Origin: Pseudobdellovibrionaceae bacterium
GTDB taxonomy: Bacteria > Bdellovibrionota > Bdellovibrionia > Bdellovibrionales > UBA1609
Assembly (NCBI GenBank): GCA_020635055.1
Contig: JACKAN010000001.1
Coordinates: 153,266-217,265 of the forward strand
Reading direction: 5' to 3'
Length of the DNA: 64,000 nucleotides
Shown here: piece after piece, positions 9,015 to 18,861 of the stretch
Layout of the letters: each line of letters opens with the position of its first letter
Position numbering within the stretch: the stretch's first letter is position 1
Notes under the pieces: generated by a model
What the model was told of the DNA's origin: nothing
Databases searched by the model: none
Seen by the model: only the letters and a program-made list of their open reading frames with translations
Made by a program: the position numbers and the translations under genes

Positions 9015-9704
9015 TTAGAGCTTATGATTCAACTTTATTTTAGTATCATTACTCTCACTAGCACTAAAATATGATTCAAGAATAGGGCTAATTAAAAGAG
9101 TCATCCAAAGCTTAATTTCATGCTCTAACATTTCAGCCTCTGTATTTGCATTTCGACCAAAAATTTCTGCAATCTCCAAGCTGGGCATAAACATCGATAA
9201 TACAAAAAGATCGGGCACGGCTATAATCTTTATATCTAATTTATTTAGCTGGTTTCTAATAACCTGACCCTTAATAATATGTTGATCACTCAAATCTATA
9301 TTTAAAGTGCCAGCTCGTTGGCCTTTCCAGTTTAGCTTGATGTAAAAATCAAAAATCTGCGATTTTTTGGTTTCTTCAGCTTTGACCGAAGTTGCCAGCT
9401 GCTCTAATCGGACCTCTAAAAAGCGACCTTGTTTTTCATTAATGGAGTTGAGCTTCAAGGCTCCAGAGGTGTCGTTTTCTGGCAAAACATTGCGTAAAAA
9501 GTCATGTATGTAGTACTTAACATATGTCTGCCCAGAGTCATCGGCCAGTTCACAAAGCATCTGTCCCTTTGGAATTGGAGATTCCATATATTGTAATATA
9601 CCTACACAGTCCTCAGCTTTAAGCAGGTGAGGGGAGGGGGTAATAATCAAATAAAAAAAGGTAAAATATAAAATATGTGTTTGAAACTTTACACTCAATC
9701 TCAT
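9015..9704 (-). CDS. Hypothetical exported protein
   Basis: ORF 9015-9824 trimmed to the internal Met at 9704 (MRLSVKFQTHILYFTFFYLIITPS...). This removes a 59-nt overlap with the upstream gene and gives a signal-like N-terminus. I recognise no family. Confidence 0.4.
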   Translation of the reverse strand: MRLSVKFQTHILYFTFFYLIITPSPHLLKAEDCVGILQYMESPIPKGQMLCELADDSGQTYVKYYIHDFLRNVLPENDTSGALKLNSINEKQGRFLEVRLEQLATSVKAEETKKSQIFDFYIKLNWKGQRAGTLNIDLSDQHIIKGQVIRNQLNKLDIKIIAVPDLFVLSMFMPSLEIAEIFGRNANTEAEMLEHEIKLWMTLLISPILESYFSASESNDTKIKLNHKL

Positions 9705-9765
9705 AATCGTATATATAGCAAAATAGATGCCTAAAGGCAAAGCCAGCTTTTTTAAATTATTTAGG

Positions 9766-10845
9766 TTACTGGTAGTGATAGTTGTATTCTGAGGGTTCAA
9801 TATCTTTATTTTCAACAATTTCAAAGTTAATTCTGCTAAGTTCTCTGCCGTCCTCAGTTTCTAATTTCACGCGCCAATCCGCTGGAAAAAAATTGGCTTT
9901 TACAGCATAAGCACGAAAGCCATGAAGCCGCCCACCATTAATTTTCATTGCCACTCGATCTTTACTTTCCCACTGGCCTTGTTCATAGGCCTGCCAATGG
10001 AAAATAATTTTTTCAGAAATAGCACTAGGAGCAAATATTCTTACAAAACAATAAACTTTGTCCCCTTCTTTGGCATTAAAAGTTTGGTCACCATTTTGCC
10101 AAAATCTCCACCAGCCTCTGGTATATCCTAATTGATAGCGGTCATCAGTTTTGTCTATGCTATGATAAATCCCCATATATTTTGTGGCTAAGGGAACAGG
10201 AGGCAGGATTCTTCCAACATACAAGACAATTAAAATTAATGCCATTGAGACGCCCGGTAAAACCAACTGCTTTAGTGTTTTTTCCTTACTCACTCCACGT
10301 TTAACAATATCAAAATAATTAAGAGCTAATATTAATCCAGAAACAATCAATGCAGCATAAAATGCGAGACTACTTACTGAGCCGGAGAGAAGTGGTAATA
10401 AAAACATAAAAAAAGAAAAAAGGCATATTGAATACAGTAAGTACTTAAAAAATAAGCCCTTATTTTGTAAAGCGGGTGTTTCATTTAACACTAATACGGC
10501 AAACATAAAGAACAAGAAAAAGAAAGACACTGAAAAAGAAGAACTAACAAAATAAAAAAGAGTGTAAACGCTAAGTAAACCACCCAATAGAAAATGAATG
10601 ATTTCGTTTTGATACTTCCATATTTTTTTCATTTTTTCAGGAGCCACCCATAGCCCCTCATGTTGTAAAAAAGAAAATCTTAAAATAAATCCGGCAAAAC
10701 TAATATAAAGACACTGCTGAATTAGTGACAAAAGATTATCTACTTCATCCAGGGTGATGATATCAAATAAAAATCCACAAACAAAAAAAACCGCAGGCGA
10801 ATATTTCTTAAACTTTTCGTTCTTTAAAATATCTAATTTAACCAT
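9766..10845 (-). CDS. Polytopic membrane protein with C-terminal DUF2914-like domain
   Basis: 359 aa with about 7 TM helices, then a soluble C-terminus (YCFVRIFAPS...HWQAYEQGQWESKDRVAMKINGGRLHGFRAYAVK...ADWRVKLETEDGRELSRINFEI) resembling DUF2914. Confidence 0.45.
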   Translation of the reverse strand: MVKLDILKNEKFKKYSPAVFFVCGFLFDIITLDEVDNLLSLIQQCLYISFAGFILRFSFLQHEGLWVAPEKMKKIWKYQNEIIHFLLGGLLSVYTLFYFVSSSFSVSFFFLFFMFAVLVLNETPALQNKGLFFKYLLYSICLFSFFMFLLPLLSGSVSSLAFYAALIVSGLILALNYFDIVKRGVSKEKTLKQLVLPGVSMALILIVLYVGRILPPVPLATKYMGIYHSIDKTDDRYQLGYTRGWWRFWQNGDQTFNAKEGDKVYCFVRIFAPSAISEKIIFHWQAYEQGQWESKDRVAMKINGGRLHGFRAYAVKANFFPADWRVKLETEDGRELSRINFEIVENKDIEPSEYNYHYQ

Positions 10846-10969
10846 AACATAAGTTTAATTTATTAATTTTATTAGACAAGAAGTTTAATATATCAACAAG
10901 ATTTAAATCTTATTACGTGGTTAGTATCACAAATCTGGTCAGTATAAGAATTCAAACAAGGAAATAAAA

Positions 10970-11434
10970 ATGGGATTAAGTAAAATTATGCAAGACAAAA
11001 TAATTAAAATCACTCACAACTCATCTGTGACGAAGTTGGCAGAGATGATGAAAGAAAGTCATGTAGGTTGTGTTTTAGTTGTTGAAAAAATAGATTCTAG
11101 TCTTCCAATTGGTTTAGTAACGGACAGAGATATTGTAATCAAAGTAGTAGCTAATAATATAGACCCAGAAACTATCACCGTTGAAAACATAATGACACGA
11201 CAGGTAAAATATTTAAATTATAAGGCAGAAATTCATGAGGCGATTCAGCTAATGAAAGACGAAGGCATTCGACGTCTACCTTTAGTTGACGACTCAGGTT
11301 CTTTAGTCGGTATTGTCACTGTGGACGACTTGATTCATGAATTTAGCGAAGATTTAGAAGACCTCAGTGAAATTATCGAAAAGGAAATTAAAAATGAGTC
11401 CAAAGAGAAAATTCATTCAAGGCGTTTACAATAG
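10970..11434 (+). CDS. CBS-domain pair protein
   Basis: 154 aa with two CBS-like repeats (VGCVLVV...GLVTDRDIV; GIRRLPLVDDSGSLVGIVTVDDLI). Confidence 0.8.
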   Translation: MGLSKIMQDKIIKITHNSSVTKLAEMMKESHVGCVLVVEKIDSSLPIGLVTDRDIVIKVVANNIDPETITVENIMTRQVKYLNYKAEIHEAIQLMKDEGIRRLPLVDDSGSLVGIVTVDDLIHEFSEDLEDLSEIIEKEIKNESKEKIHSRRLQ

Positions 11435-11457
11435 TCTTTAACTCAAGGAGAAAATTC

Positions 11458-11928
11458 ATGTCAAATTATGCTCAGTTGAGGTTCTCACCAAATCAATTAG
11501 TTAATTTTCGTCTAATCTTAGATGCCAAGAAACAATTTTTAATTCAATTAGAAGAAAAGCAAAAGGAATACTCCATTTCTTTAGCAAAGTCTGAAATTAT
11601 AAAAAAACAAAATTTGAAGCCTAAAAATATATCTGACAACGCCACCATAGATCAATTCCAGGAATTGGCGATTCAGCTTTCTGAAAATGAGACATTAAAA
11701 CTTAATGAAGTTGAACAAGCGCTTCAACGCCTAGATGATGGAACTTATGGTCAATGCTTAGAGTGCGAAGAAGACATTCACTGGCAAAGACTTATAGCTG
11801 TACCGGAGACAGCTTTTTGCAAGGAATGTAAAAGTGTATTAGAAAGGGAAAGTTTACGTTATAAAAAGCCACATCAAGATGAAAAGGCCCCGTCATTTGC
11901 ACCATTAATTCCTGGATATCCAGACTAA
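11458..11928 (+). CDS. DksA/TraR-family C4 zinc-finger protein
   Basis: Coiled N-terminal part, then CLECEEDIHWQRLIAVPETAFCKEC (CxxC-x17-CxxC), typical of DksA/TraR. AAGGAG lies upstream of the ATG. Confidence 0.75.
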   Translation: MSNYAQLRFSPNQLVNFRLILDAKKQFLIQLEEKQKEYSISLAKSEIIKKQNLKPKNISDNATIDQFQELAIQLSENETLKLNEVEQALQRLDDGTYGQCLECEEDIHWQRLIAVPETAFCKECKSVLERESLRYKKPHQDEKAPSFAPLIPGYPD

Positions 11929-11938
11929 ATAATTTCAG

Positions 11939-13099
11939 TCAGTTCATTTTTATTTTTAATATTTCTTGGAAAGCATATAAATCATTTTGGAGTTGAACTT
12001 TTTCTGGGTGTGAAAATAGAGCATATCCATGATCTTGGCCTACACCTAGTCTTTGAAACACTTCTTGATTCACTTTTAGTTTTAATTTCAATTTCTTTAA
12101 ACTACTAAGAGCTTCTACCTCCTTTATTCCGGAGATTTCAACAACTCTTCCAGGCGGAGGATGAATAACCATCGAAGCCGCATAATTTACAAAGTTAATT
12201 TTTGGAAAGGCATTTATGTTCAATTCAATTTTTACGAAAAGTTCCCAAAAATTTACATCATAAGCCAATTTCATGGCCTCCATAATATAACCACCAGGAG
12301 GTCGAATAGCGATTTCACCAAAAAGTATTTTTTTTGGAGTTTTGTAGAACTCTAAATGAGTCATTCCCCACTGTATATTTAATGCTTCTATGACCTTCTT
12401 ATTTAATTCTAACACTTGATTTTTAAATTCACTTTCATAGTGGCCAGGAACTAAGTTGCAATGACCTATTTGTAGATATTCTGTTATATTAGTGAATTGT
12501 ATTTTTCCATTGGAGATAAAAGATTCTACACTGCCCTCACTGCCATGTATGGCCTTTTCAAAAATAAAATCTTTGGATTTTACAGTGTCAATTTCCGATT
12601 CACATCTTATAAATTTTAATCCTCTTCCACCTGAACTCTTGCGAGGTTTAGCTACAAGAGGTTTGCCAAGACGATCTAGAATATGCGCCGGATTCAACTC
12701 TGTGGACGCACTCATATATTCTGTCATGTTGATATTTTTATCTTGTAAAAACTCTTTCATTTTTAGTTTGTCAGTGCAACGAATGATGAGTGAAAGTGGA
12801 TTCCTGCGAGCTTCTAACCATAACCTGGCTTTAGTTGCTGGTATTACAGCTTCTTCAGTTCCAGCAATCACATGAGTGATAGGGGCTTGTGATTCCAATG
12901 CTTTTTTAAGTTCTTCTTTTGTTTTTGGGAAAGGGGCTTCAATAATTTTAAGGGCTTTTAATGGAGATTTAATTCGCTTAATACTCCACACCAAAAATGG
13001 AATGTTCATTTCTGTAAGTACTTTTGAAATGCCTTGGCGATGCCCTAAAAGTAAAACCAACACACAGTTACTATACCTTCTTGTAGTTTTGATCTGCAA
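11939..13099 (-). CDS. ATP-grasp fold ligase (L-amino-acid-ligase-like)
   Basis: 386 aa with a pre-ATP-grasp N-terminus (VLVLLLGHRQG...). The central region reads LGKPLVAKPRKSSGGRGLKFI...FIFEKAIHGSEGSVESF...MTHLEFYKT...FGEIAIRPPGGYI, typical of ATP-grasp enzymes. It overlaps the upstream DUF1704 gene by 29 nt. Confidence 0.7.
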   Translation of the reverse strand: MQIKTTRRYSNCVLVLLLGHRQGISKVLTEMNIPFLVWSIKRIKSPLKALKIIEAPFPKTKEELKKALESQAPITHVIAGTEEAVIPATKARLWLEARRNPLSLIIRCTDKLKMKEFLQDKNINMTEYMSASTELNPAHILDRLGKPLVAKPRKSSGGRGLKFIRCESEIDTVKSKDFIFEKAIHGSEGSVESFISNGKIQFTNITEYLQIGHCNLVPGHYESEFKNQVLELNKKVIEALNIQWGMTHLEFYKTPKKILFGEIAIRPPGGYIMEAMKLAYDVNFWELFVKIELNINAFPKINFVNYAASMVIHPPPGRVVEISGIKEVEALSSLKKLKLKLKVNQEVFQRLGVGQDHGYALFSHPEKVQLQNDLYAFQEILKIKMN

Positions 13100-14306
13100 G
13101 GTGAATGGGTATAATATTGGCCAGCAGCGAAAAACTTAAAGAACCTGCCAAGCCCTCTTTTTTTGCGTACCAAGCAGGCAGATATTTAGGGGGAGCTATT
13201 AGATTATTTTTATAAGAGTCTTCTAATTTAAAGATATCTTCTAAACTCAAGCGACCACAAAATAAGAGATGGCTTAACTCCATGCGATTATGGGTCATTG
13301 CCCATTGAAATAAATTGTGAATATTGATTAATCCATCCAGATAAACACAGTCTTTTGTGAATATAATTTTTTTATCTGGGAATCCACCCCTGAATATTCG
13401 ATGAGAAGCAGCATAGCTTTCTTTTGGCGATTGATTTTTGCTAATAAAATACTTAAAAACTTCAACAAAATTGGCCCCTTTTATGGCCATATCAATGGCT
13501 AATACACGGAGTGCTAACCTTTTTAAACGATAAATATCTATGGACCCAGTAATAACTTCGGCAAAAGTGGCTAAACCTTCTTGCGTTTTTAGGGTGCGCG
13601 GCGAGCCACGACCCATACTTTTTAAAATAGGTTGTGCTTCGCCATTCAAGGCTGTCAATGAGTGAGTCATCACTTCATGATAAAAAAGCTGTTTAAAATC
13701 ATAATGAGAAAAATTGGTACCCTGCCGTAGCTTTATTGTTCTTGCCGTGGCCGTAGCTTTTGCAGACAAACCCTCGGTGATTACAATTTCTGGTCCATTT
13801 TCCTTAAACACACCTTGGACTCTTCTTTCCATATATTTTTTAATATCAATGGCTTGAATATTGTTTTCGGGGTCTTGAATGTAGGGGTGGTCAAATTCAT
13901 CAGCCAAGGCAACTAACTTCAATGCAGCGTCAACGCTATTAATGTTAGTGTTTGGTAGAAAATCGTAGGGGGTTCCATAAATCTGTTTAGAAATATCAGT
14001 AAAATTATTTGTTCCAATTGAGCGGTTTAAATCTATGGCCAAAAGGTAACTTTCAATGGTTTTTTTTGTAAACTCCTCTAAGGGATGATTTGCCGAAAAG
14101 GAAGACAGTAATTTTTTGAGTTGAACTTCTTGGTCTTGGTAATAAACAGGAGTGTACTCGACTTTTGGCAATACCCATTGGCCTTTCGCATAGGCTTGTA
14201 AAAACTCTAGCTCAACTCTCATGGGCCAGGAGACATTTCCAAGAATACTGATCTTTGCTGAAATATCATAAATCTTTTGGTTGATCTCTTCTAGACTTTT
14301 GAACAT
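13071..14306 (-). CDS. DUF1704 (QEGLA-motif; MATCAP-like) putative metallocarboxypeptidase
   Basis: 411 aa containing the HExxxH motif (YHEVMTHS) followed by the diagnostic TQEGLATFAE motif of the DUF1704 / tyrosine-phenylalanine carboxypeptidase family. Confidence 0.75.
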   Translation of the reverse strand: MFKSLEEINQKIYDISAKISILGNVSWPMRVELEFLQAYAKGQWVLPKVEYTPVYYQDQEVQLKKLLSSFSANHPLEEFTKKTIESYLLAIDLNRSIGTNNFTDISKQIYGTPYDFLPNTNINSVDAALKLVALADEFDHPYIQDPENNIQAIDIKKYMERRVQGVFKENGPEIVITEGLSAKATATARTIKLRQGTNFSHYDFKQLFYHEVMTHSLTALNGEAQPILKSMGRGSPRTLKTQEGLATFAEVITGSIDIYRLKRLALRVLAIDMAIKGANFVEVFKYFISKNQSPKESYAASHRIFRGGFPDKKIIFTKDCVYLDGLINIHNLFQWAMTHNRMELSHLLFCGRLSLEDIFKLEDSYKNNLIAPPKYLPAWYAKKEGLAGSLSFSLLANIIPIHLADQNYKKV

Positions 14307-14495
14307 AAAAATTAGTATAACTCCTTCAGTTTCTTCGTCAAATTGAATTAGGGACTTGAGTTTATTCCATAGAATTCGAATTGAAAGTAAAATTGACCAA
14401 ATAAGTAATTCTATAAAAATAGTTTGAATTAAAGACTCTAAATTTTAAAGCTTTCTAAACCGATAGGAAATATATTTTAGTCAAATGAGGTTCGA

Positions 14496-15602
14496 GTGAA
14501 ACAATGGATGCGAAAATTATTAGACCAATTTGATCTCGATATGGGATCGGGAGCTCATTTGGGTAGTGAAGAAACTCCTATCAGCGAAGAAAAAGCGACC
14601 TTGCTTTACATTATAGATACTCTTAACAAGCATCTTTTTGAAATTGATAGCCACTCAATTAGAAAAACAAGAGAAAATCTGGATAATTTTGCAAAAGAGA
14701 TTCTCCAGCCCTCAGCTGAAAAATTAAGTGATGTTCTTTTTAGATTTCGTCAGTTTTATTCAAAATATCGGATCGATGAAAGTGCGTACTTTGAAAAGAC
14801 CATTGAAGATTTCAAAACAATTGTTTGGGACTTTGTAGATCAATTAAGTGAAGATTTGGCTTTTGATATGAAAAATGATCAAACTCTAAATGAAAAACTA
14901 ATGCAATTAAAAGAAGCTGTAGAGGCAAATTCTATCAGTGATCTTAAAAATCAGTCGCGACAATTTATTGATTCCTACATTGATTTTCAATCGCGAAAAG
15001 AAAACAGAAATAAAAAGAAAGTGGCTTTTATTGAGAAAAATTTAACTACTGTTAAGAAAAAACTCGTAGAGGCCAACCATAACTTACATCGTGATCATCT
15101 GACCCAAGCCTTCAATAGAAAAAGTTTTGATGAGCAGATAAATCAAATCTGGAAAATGGCTAATGCAAATAAAAAGCCAGCTTCACTTATGATTTTAGAT
15201 ATAGATCATTTTAAAAAAATTAACGATACTTATGGGCATGATATGGGAGATTTTGTTTTAGTAGAATGTGTAAAATTATTGCAAGGCTTATATTCCAGAG
15301 AAAGTGATTTTGTAGCTCGTATAGGTGGTGAAGAATTTGCTATTCTGTTGCCAGATTACCGATTGGAACATGCTGCCGACAAAGCTTTTAAAACCCTAGA
15401 ACAAGTTAGAAAGGAAGTTTTTGTAAAACATGGAATGGAATTGCGATTTACTATCTCTATAGGTGTGGCTCAACTAGGTCAGGAAGAAGATGTGAAGCAA
15501 TGGATAAAGCGAGCAGATCTGGCTTTGTACGAATCTAAAAACACAGGGCGCAACAAGCTGACGCTAGCTAAGTATATGAATTCACAGATAAATGTTGCGT
15601 AA
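14496..15602 (+). CDS. Diguanylate cyclase (GGDEF domain) with coiled N-terminal sensor region
   Basis: The active site is RIGGEEFAIL, with an RxxD I-site (RESD) five residues upstream, DHFKKINDTYGH and ADLALYESKNTGRN. GTG start with GAGG upstream. Confidence 0.85.
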   Translation: MKQWMRKLLDQFDLDMGSGAHLGSEETPISEEKATLLYIIDTLNKHLFEIDSHSIRKTRENLDNFAKEILQPSAEKLSDVLFRFRQFYSKYRIDESAYFEKTIEDFKTIVWDFVDQLSEDLAFDMKNDQTLNEKLMQLKEAVEANSISDLKNQSRQFIDSYIDFQSRKENRNKKKVAFIEKNLTTVKKKLVEANHNLHRDHLTQAFNRKSFDEQINQIWKMANANKKPASLMILDIDHFKKINDTYGHDMGDFVLVECVKLLQGLYSRESDFVARIGGEEFAILLPDYRLEHAADKAFKTLEQVRKEVFVKHGMELRFTISIGVAQLGQEEDVKQWIKRADLALYESKNTGRNKLTLAKYMNSQINVA

Positions 15603-15898
15603 AGAGAATCGACAACTGTCAGTATATTGAACTTAACAAGTTACTTTTAAACATCTGTATTTTCTAACAAGCAATAATTTTAAAGCTCAACAGTTGATGC
15701 CGGAAAGTTTTTTTAAAAAAAAATATTCAATTGTTAGTTTATAAATTTGAAATCAAAACAATTTTATTTTTAAAAATTTATTCAATTAAATCTAAAAACT
15801 TACATTTGTGATGGTGACACACAATCGTGAAATTTACTTACAATGAACTTGAAATTAAAGGACATACGGCTGGTTTTAATTTTGCATTTTAATTTTAC

Positions 15899-16948
15899 AT
15901 GAAAAACATAATAATATTTTTAGAAATTATATTATGGGGAAGTCTCACCTGGGCACAAGTGGATGTTCGACAAGGGAGTTACCAAGAACCTTTTTTAGAC
16001 TTTATCATAAAAAATGCAGAAATGGATATTCGCCTACAACGTAGCTATGCCAGTCGCAGTCTTAATAAAGGATGGTTTGGTTGGGGATGGTGTTCAAATT
16101 TAGAAAACAAGTTAGTAGTTAACTCTGAAGATTCAATTGTTTATAAGGACTGTGAACTAGAAATGTCTTTTAACAAAAATCAATACAATCAATGGCTGTC
16201 TAAAGATTATCCTGAGGCGAAACTTATTAGGATGGCAACTAAGTATATTTTCTTTGGTGTAAGCGGCGAGAAATTAGAATTTGATCTCCAAGGAAAGATT
16301 TTAAAATTTACAGATAGGTCTGCACGATCTCTATCCTATAAATATGGCAATTCATTGTTTAATAAGGGTTCCTATATATTAATAAGTAGCGGAGAGGGTT
16401 TTCAATTAAAATTTCTAAAAAATAATCAGGATTTGGTAACTGAAGTTAGCTTACATGCACCAAAAGCTTTAGTAATATATAGAGAGCAGGAAATTTTAAG
16501 AACCAAATCATGGACTTTTTATTATAAATATCAAGATGATAATTTAGTAAAAGTATTGGAAGAGAAAACCAATATTTATAACTATGATTACTCCAACTTA
16601 AGAAATTTAACGAAAGTCCTATTAGAAAATGGACAGCAAAAATTTATTGAATACGATGAGGAAATGGACTGTGTAACTAAGGTTAAGGATTACGAGGGCT
16701 GTGTGGAAGAGCTTGCCTATTGGTTAAATCCACTTTTTCCTAAAGATAATTACAGTACGCATTACAAAAAATCATGTCATGGGAAGTTATTGCTAAGTGG
16801 GGTTTATGAATTCACTTATGCTTTACATCCTCTAGTGGGAAGATACCTCAAAGCTATGGAAGTAAAAACTAAAAATAAAGTCAAAGTTATAAAGTTCAAT
16901 CCTATTTCTGGACGTCCCATTGAACGAAAGGTTTCAAATCATTTCTAG
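15899..16948 (+). CDS. Secreted short RHS/YD-repeat-like protein (DUF6531-like N-terminus)
   Basis: Signal peptide. VDVRQGSYQEPFLDFII...IRLQRSYASRS...GWFGWGWCSNLE resembles the N-terminal motif of RHS/YD proteins, and YD-like repeats follow (YKYQDDNLVKV..., YNYDYSNLRNLTKV..., IEYDEEMDCVTKV). No toxin tip is recognisable. Confidence 0.45.
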   Translation: MKNIIIFLEIILWGSLTWAQVDVRQGSYQEPFLDFIIKNAEMDIRLQRSYASRSLNKGWFGWGWCSNLENKLVVNSEDSIVYKDCELEMSFNKNQYNQWLSKDYPEAKLIRMATKYIFFGVSGEKLEFDLQGKILKFTDRSARSLSYKYGNSLFNKGSYILISSGEGFQLKFLKNNQDLVTEVSLHAPKALVIYREQEILRTKSWTFYYKYQDDNLVKVLEEKTNIYNYDYSNLRNLTKVLLENGQQKFIEYDEEMDCVTKVKDYEGCVEELAYWLNPLFPKDNYSTHYKKSCHGKLLLSGVYEFTYALHPLVGRYLKAMEVKTKNKVKVIKFNPISGRPIERKVSNHF

Positions 16949-16996
16949 TTAAATTATTTTCAGAGAATACAAACTTTAAATTTAAGGGGGGTAGAA

Positions 16997-18115
16997 ATGA
17001 GATATATTTTTATTTTCATATTTTTTTATAGTTTTCAAGCTTATGCCATTAATCATTTGGAGAGCTGTAAATTACTAAAACAGAACTCAAATAAATTTTA
17101 TAAATGGGGTTCAAAAGAAAAGGTGACTTCGCAAGAAGTTATAGTTGCCGTAATTGATACGGGTATAGATATCCACCATGAGAGCCTTAAACAGAGTCTT
17201 TGGCAAAATCCTGGAGAAGTCGGTACAGATACAAATGGTAGAGATAAAAGATCCAACGGCATTGATGATGATCACAATGGTTTTATTGACGATGTTAATG
17301 GATGGAATTTTGTTAATAATAATTCGCAATTGCAAGACCAAAATGGTCATGGAACACATATTGCTGGAATCATTGCTGGAAAAAATAGCTTTTGTGGAGA
17401 AGCTTTTGGGGTAGCCCCCATGGCGAAAATAATGGTCCTAAAATATTACCATCCATTACAGAATGGACAGATTACTTTGGAAAAGAGTATCGCAGCTATG
17501 AGATATGCAATGCAGATGGGTGCAAAGATCATTAACTATTCCGGGGGAGGTATTTCTCCGGATGAAAAAGAAGAGAAGGTATTAGAACAAGCCAAAGCCA
17601 AGGGCATTTTGGTGGTAGCCGCTGCTGGAAATGAAAAATCTCTAGCAGATTCCGAACCCTATTATCCTGCTAGCTATAATTTAAACAATATATTATCTGT
17701 TGCTGCTGTAGACGAAAAATTTCAGCTTGCAGATTTTAGCAATTTTGGCCTGATCAATGTAGACATAGCCGGTCCCGGAGTAAAAATATGGTCAAGTTTG
17801 CCCGGAAACAGTTATGGTTTATTATCTGGGACTTCACAATCAACAGCCTTTTTATCAGGTCTTTCGGCTTTAATTTTGAGTCAGAATCCTGGCATTGTGG
17901 ACCCACAAGAAGTGATTCTTCGAATCTATATGAGCCGGCAAAAAGTATCCAGTTTAATTGGTAAAACAAAATTTTCTGGTGTGGCAAATGTCGGTAGAAG
18001 CTTGCAAGTGCAAGCAGAGGGGCATTCTTTGAACGGGGGCTACACTCATTCATTCGGTTTAATGAAAAATTGGTTTGTCCCTTCAGGTAAAAACTCAATC
18101 CTTTTTTTTAAATAA
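16997..18115 (+). CDS. Secreted subtilisin-like serine protease (peptidase S8)
   Basis: Signal peptide plus the catalytic triad motifs VAVIDTGID (Asp), HGTHIAGII (His) and SGTSQSTAF (Ser). GGGGG precedes the ATG. Confidence 0.9.
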   Translation: MRYIFIFIFFYSFQAYAINHLESCKLLKQNSNKFYKWGSKEKVTSQEVIVAVIDTGIDIHHESLKQSLWQNPGEVGTDTNGRDKRSNGIDDDHNGFIDDVNGWNFVNNNSQLQDQNGHGTHIAGIIAGKNSFCGEAFGVAPMAKIMVLKYYHPLQNGQITLEKSIAAMRYAMQMGAKIINYSGGGISPDEKEEKVLEQAKAKGILVVAAAGNEKSLADSEPYYPASYNLNNILSVAAVDEKFQLADFSNFGLINVDIAGPGVKIWSSLPGNSYGLLSGTSQSTAFLSGLSALILSQNPGIVDPQEVILRIYMSRQKVSSLIGKTKFSGVANVGRSLQVQAEGHSLNGGYTHSFGLMKNWFVPSGKNSILFFK

Positions 18116-18778
18116 GGCCTCTGCCAGCTCTCGTTGTCTCGACATTCCCGTTTCTTTGGGTTGTGAATGCATATTAAATAAATTGTATTTTGCCGCATCT
18201 TTGTCAAGGGGCTTTTGTGCCAGAAATTGAACGACTTTTTTACCGTTTAATTTGTCTTCGTTATAATAAAGAATTTTTAAATCACCAAAATTTTTTATCA
18301 GTTCGTTGCTATAATAGTAAAAGTTTTTATATGCATCTTCAGATCCAAGCGCTTCTGGCATTTCAGAGTCCATATAGCTTTTTACTAAAAGAGTACCCCC
18401 TTGTTTTAAAGCTCTAGAAATTTCAGAATAATAGCGTGTAATTGGGGGTTTAAAATCTATCATAATAATATTGTCATATTCCATTAGGCCAAGTACTAAC
18501 AAATCAAGATCTGTACGTTCTACCTGAAGTTCTTGCCCCTTCTCTAGGGCCAGTTGCTTGGCATTTTCAATGGCGTTAGAAGAGATATCAATTCCTTTTA
18601 CGCTATGGCCCTTAGAAGCTAAAAAAACAGCATTTTGTCCCTCTCCCATGCCTAAATCCAGAGTTTTCCCTTTTTGTAATCGGTGAACAACTTGAGTTAA
18701 AAAGGGATCTGCCTCCTTGCCTTTGGCAAAGGGCTTACTTTTATAAATCGCGTTCCAATATTCTTCTGCAATTCCCAT
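18095..18778 (-). CDS. Class I SAM-dependent methyltransferase
   Basis: Motif I is TLDLGMGEGQNAVFLA. The start is set at the internal Met (MGIAEEYW...), not the longest ORF. Confidence 0.75.
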   Translation of the reverse strand: MGIAEEYWNAIYKSKPFAKGKEADPFLTQVVHRLQKGKTLDLGMGEGQNAVFLASKGHSVKGIDISSNAIENAKQLALEKGQELQVERTDLDLLVLGLMEYDNIIMIDFKPPITRYYSEISRALKQGGTLLVKSYMDSEMPEALGSEDAYKNFYYYSNELIKNFGDLKILYYNEDKLNGKKVVQFLAQKPLDKDAAKYNLFNMHSQPKETGMSRQRELAEALFKKKD

Positions 18779-18861
18779 GAAAAAGGCTCCTGTTATAAAA
18801 AACTTTACCCATATTAACACCACCACTTGCTTTTGAATAGGGCGAGAATTATGAATTTCCT

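Noticed and set aside
9705-9824. N-terminal 40 codons of the longest ORF 9015-9824
   Set aside because: This part overlaps the end of the upstream DUF2914 gene by 59 nt and is Asn/Thr/Lys low-complexity. The internal Met at 9704 gives a signal-like start.
12161-13139. Plus-strand ORFs 12161-12355, 12492-12875 and 12876-13139
   Set aside because: They are antisense to the ATP-grasp gene, whose own translation carries clear family motifs.
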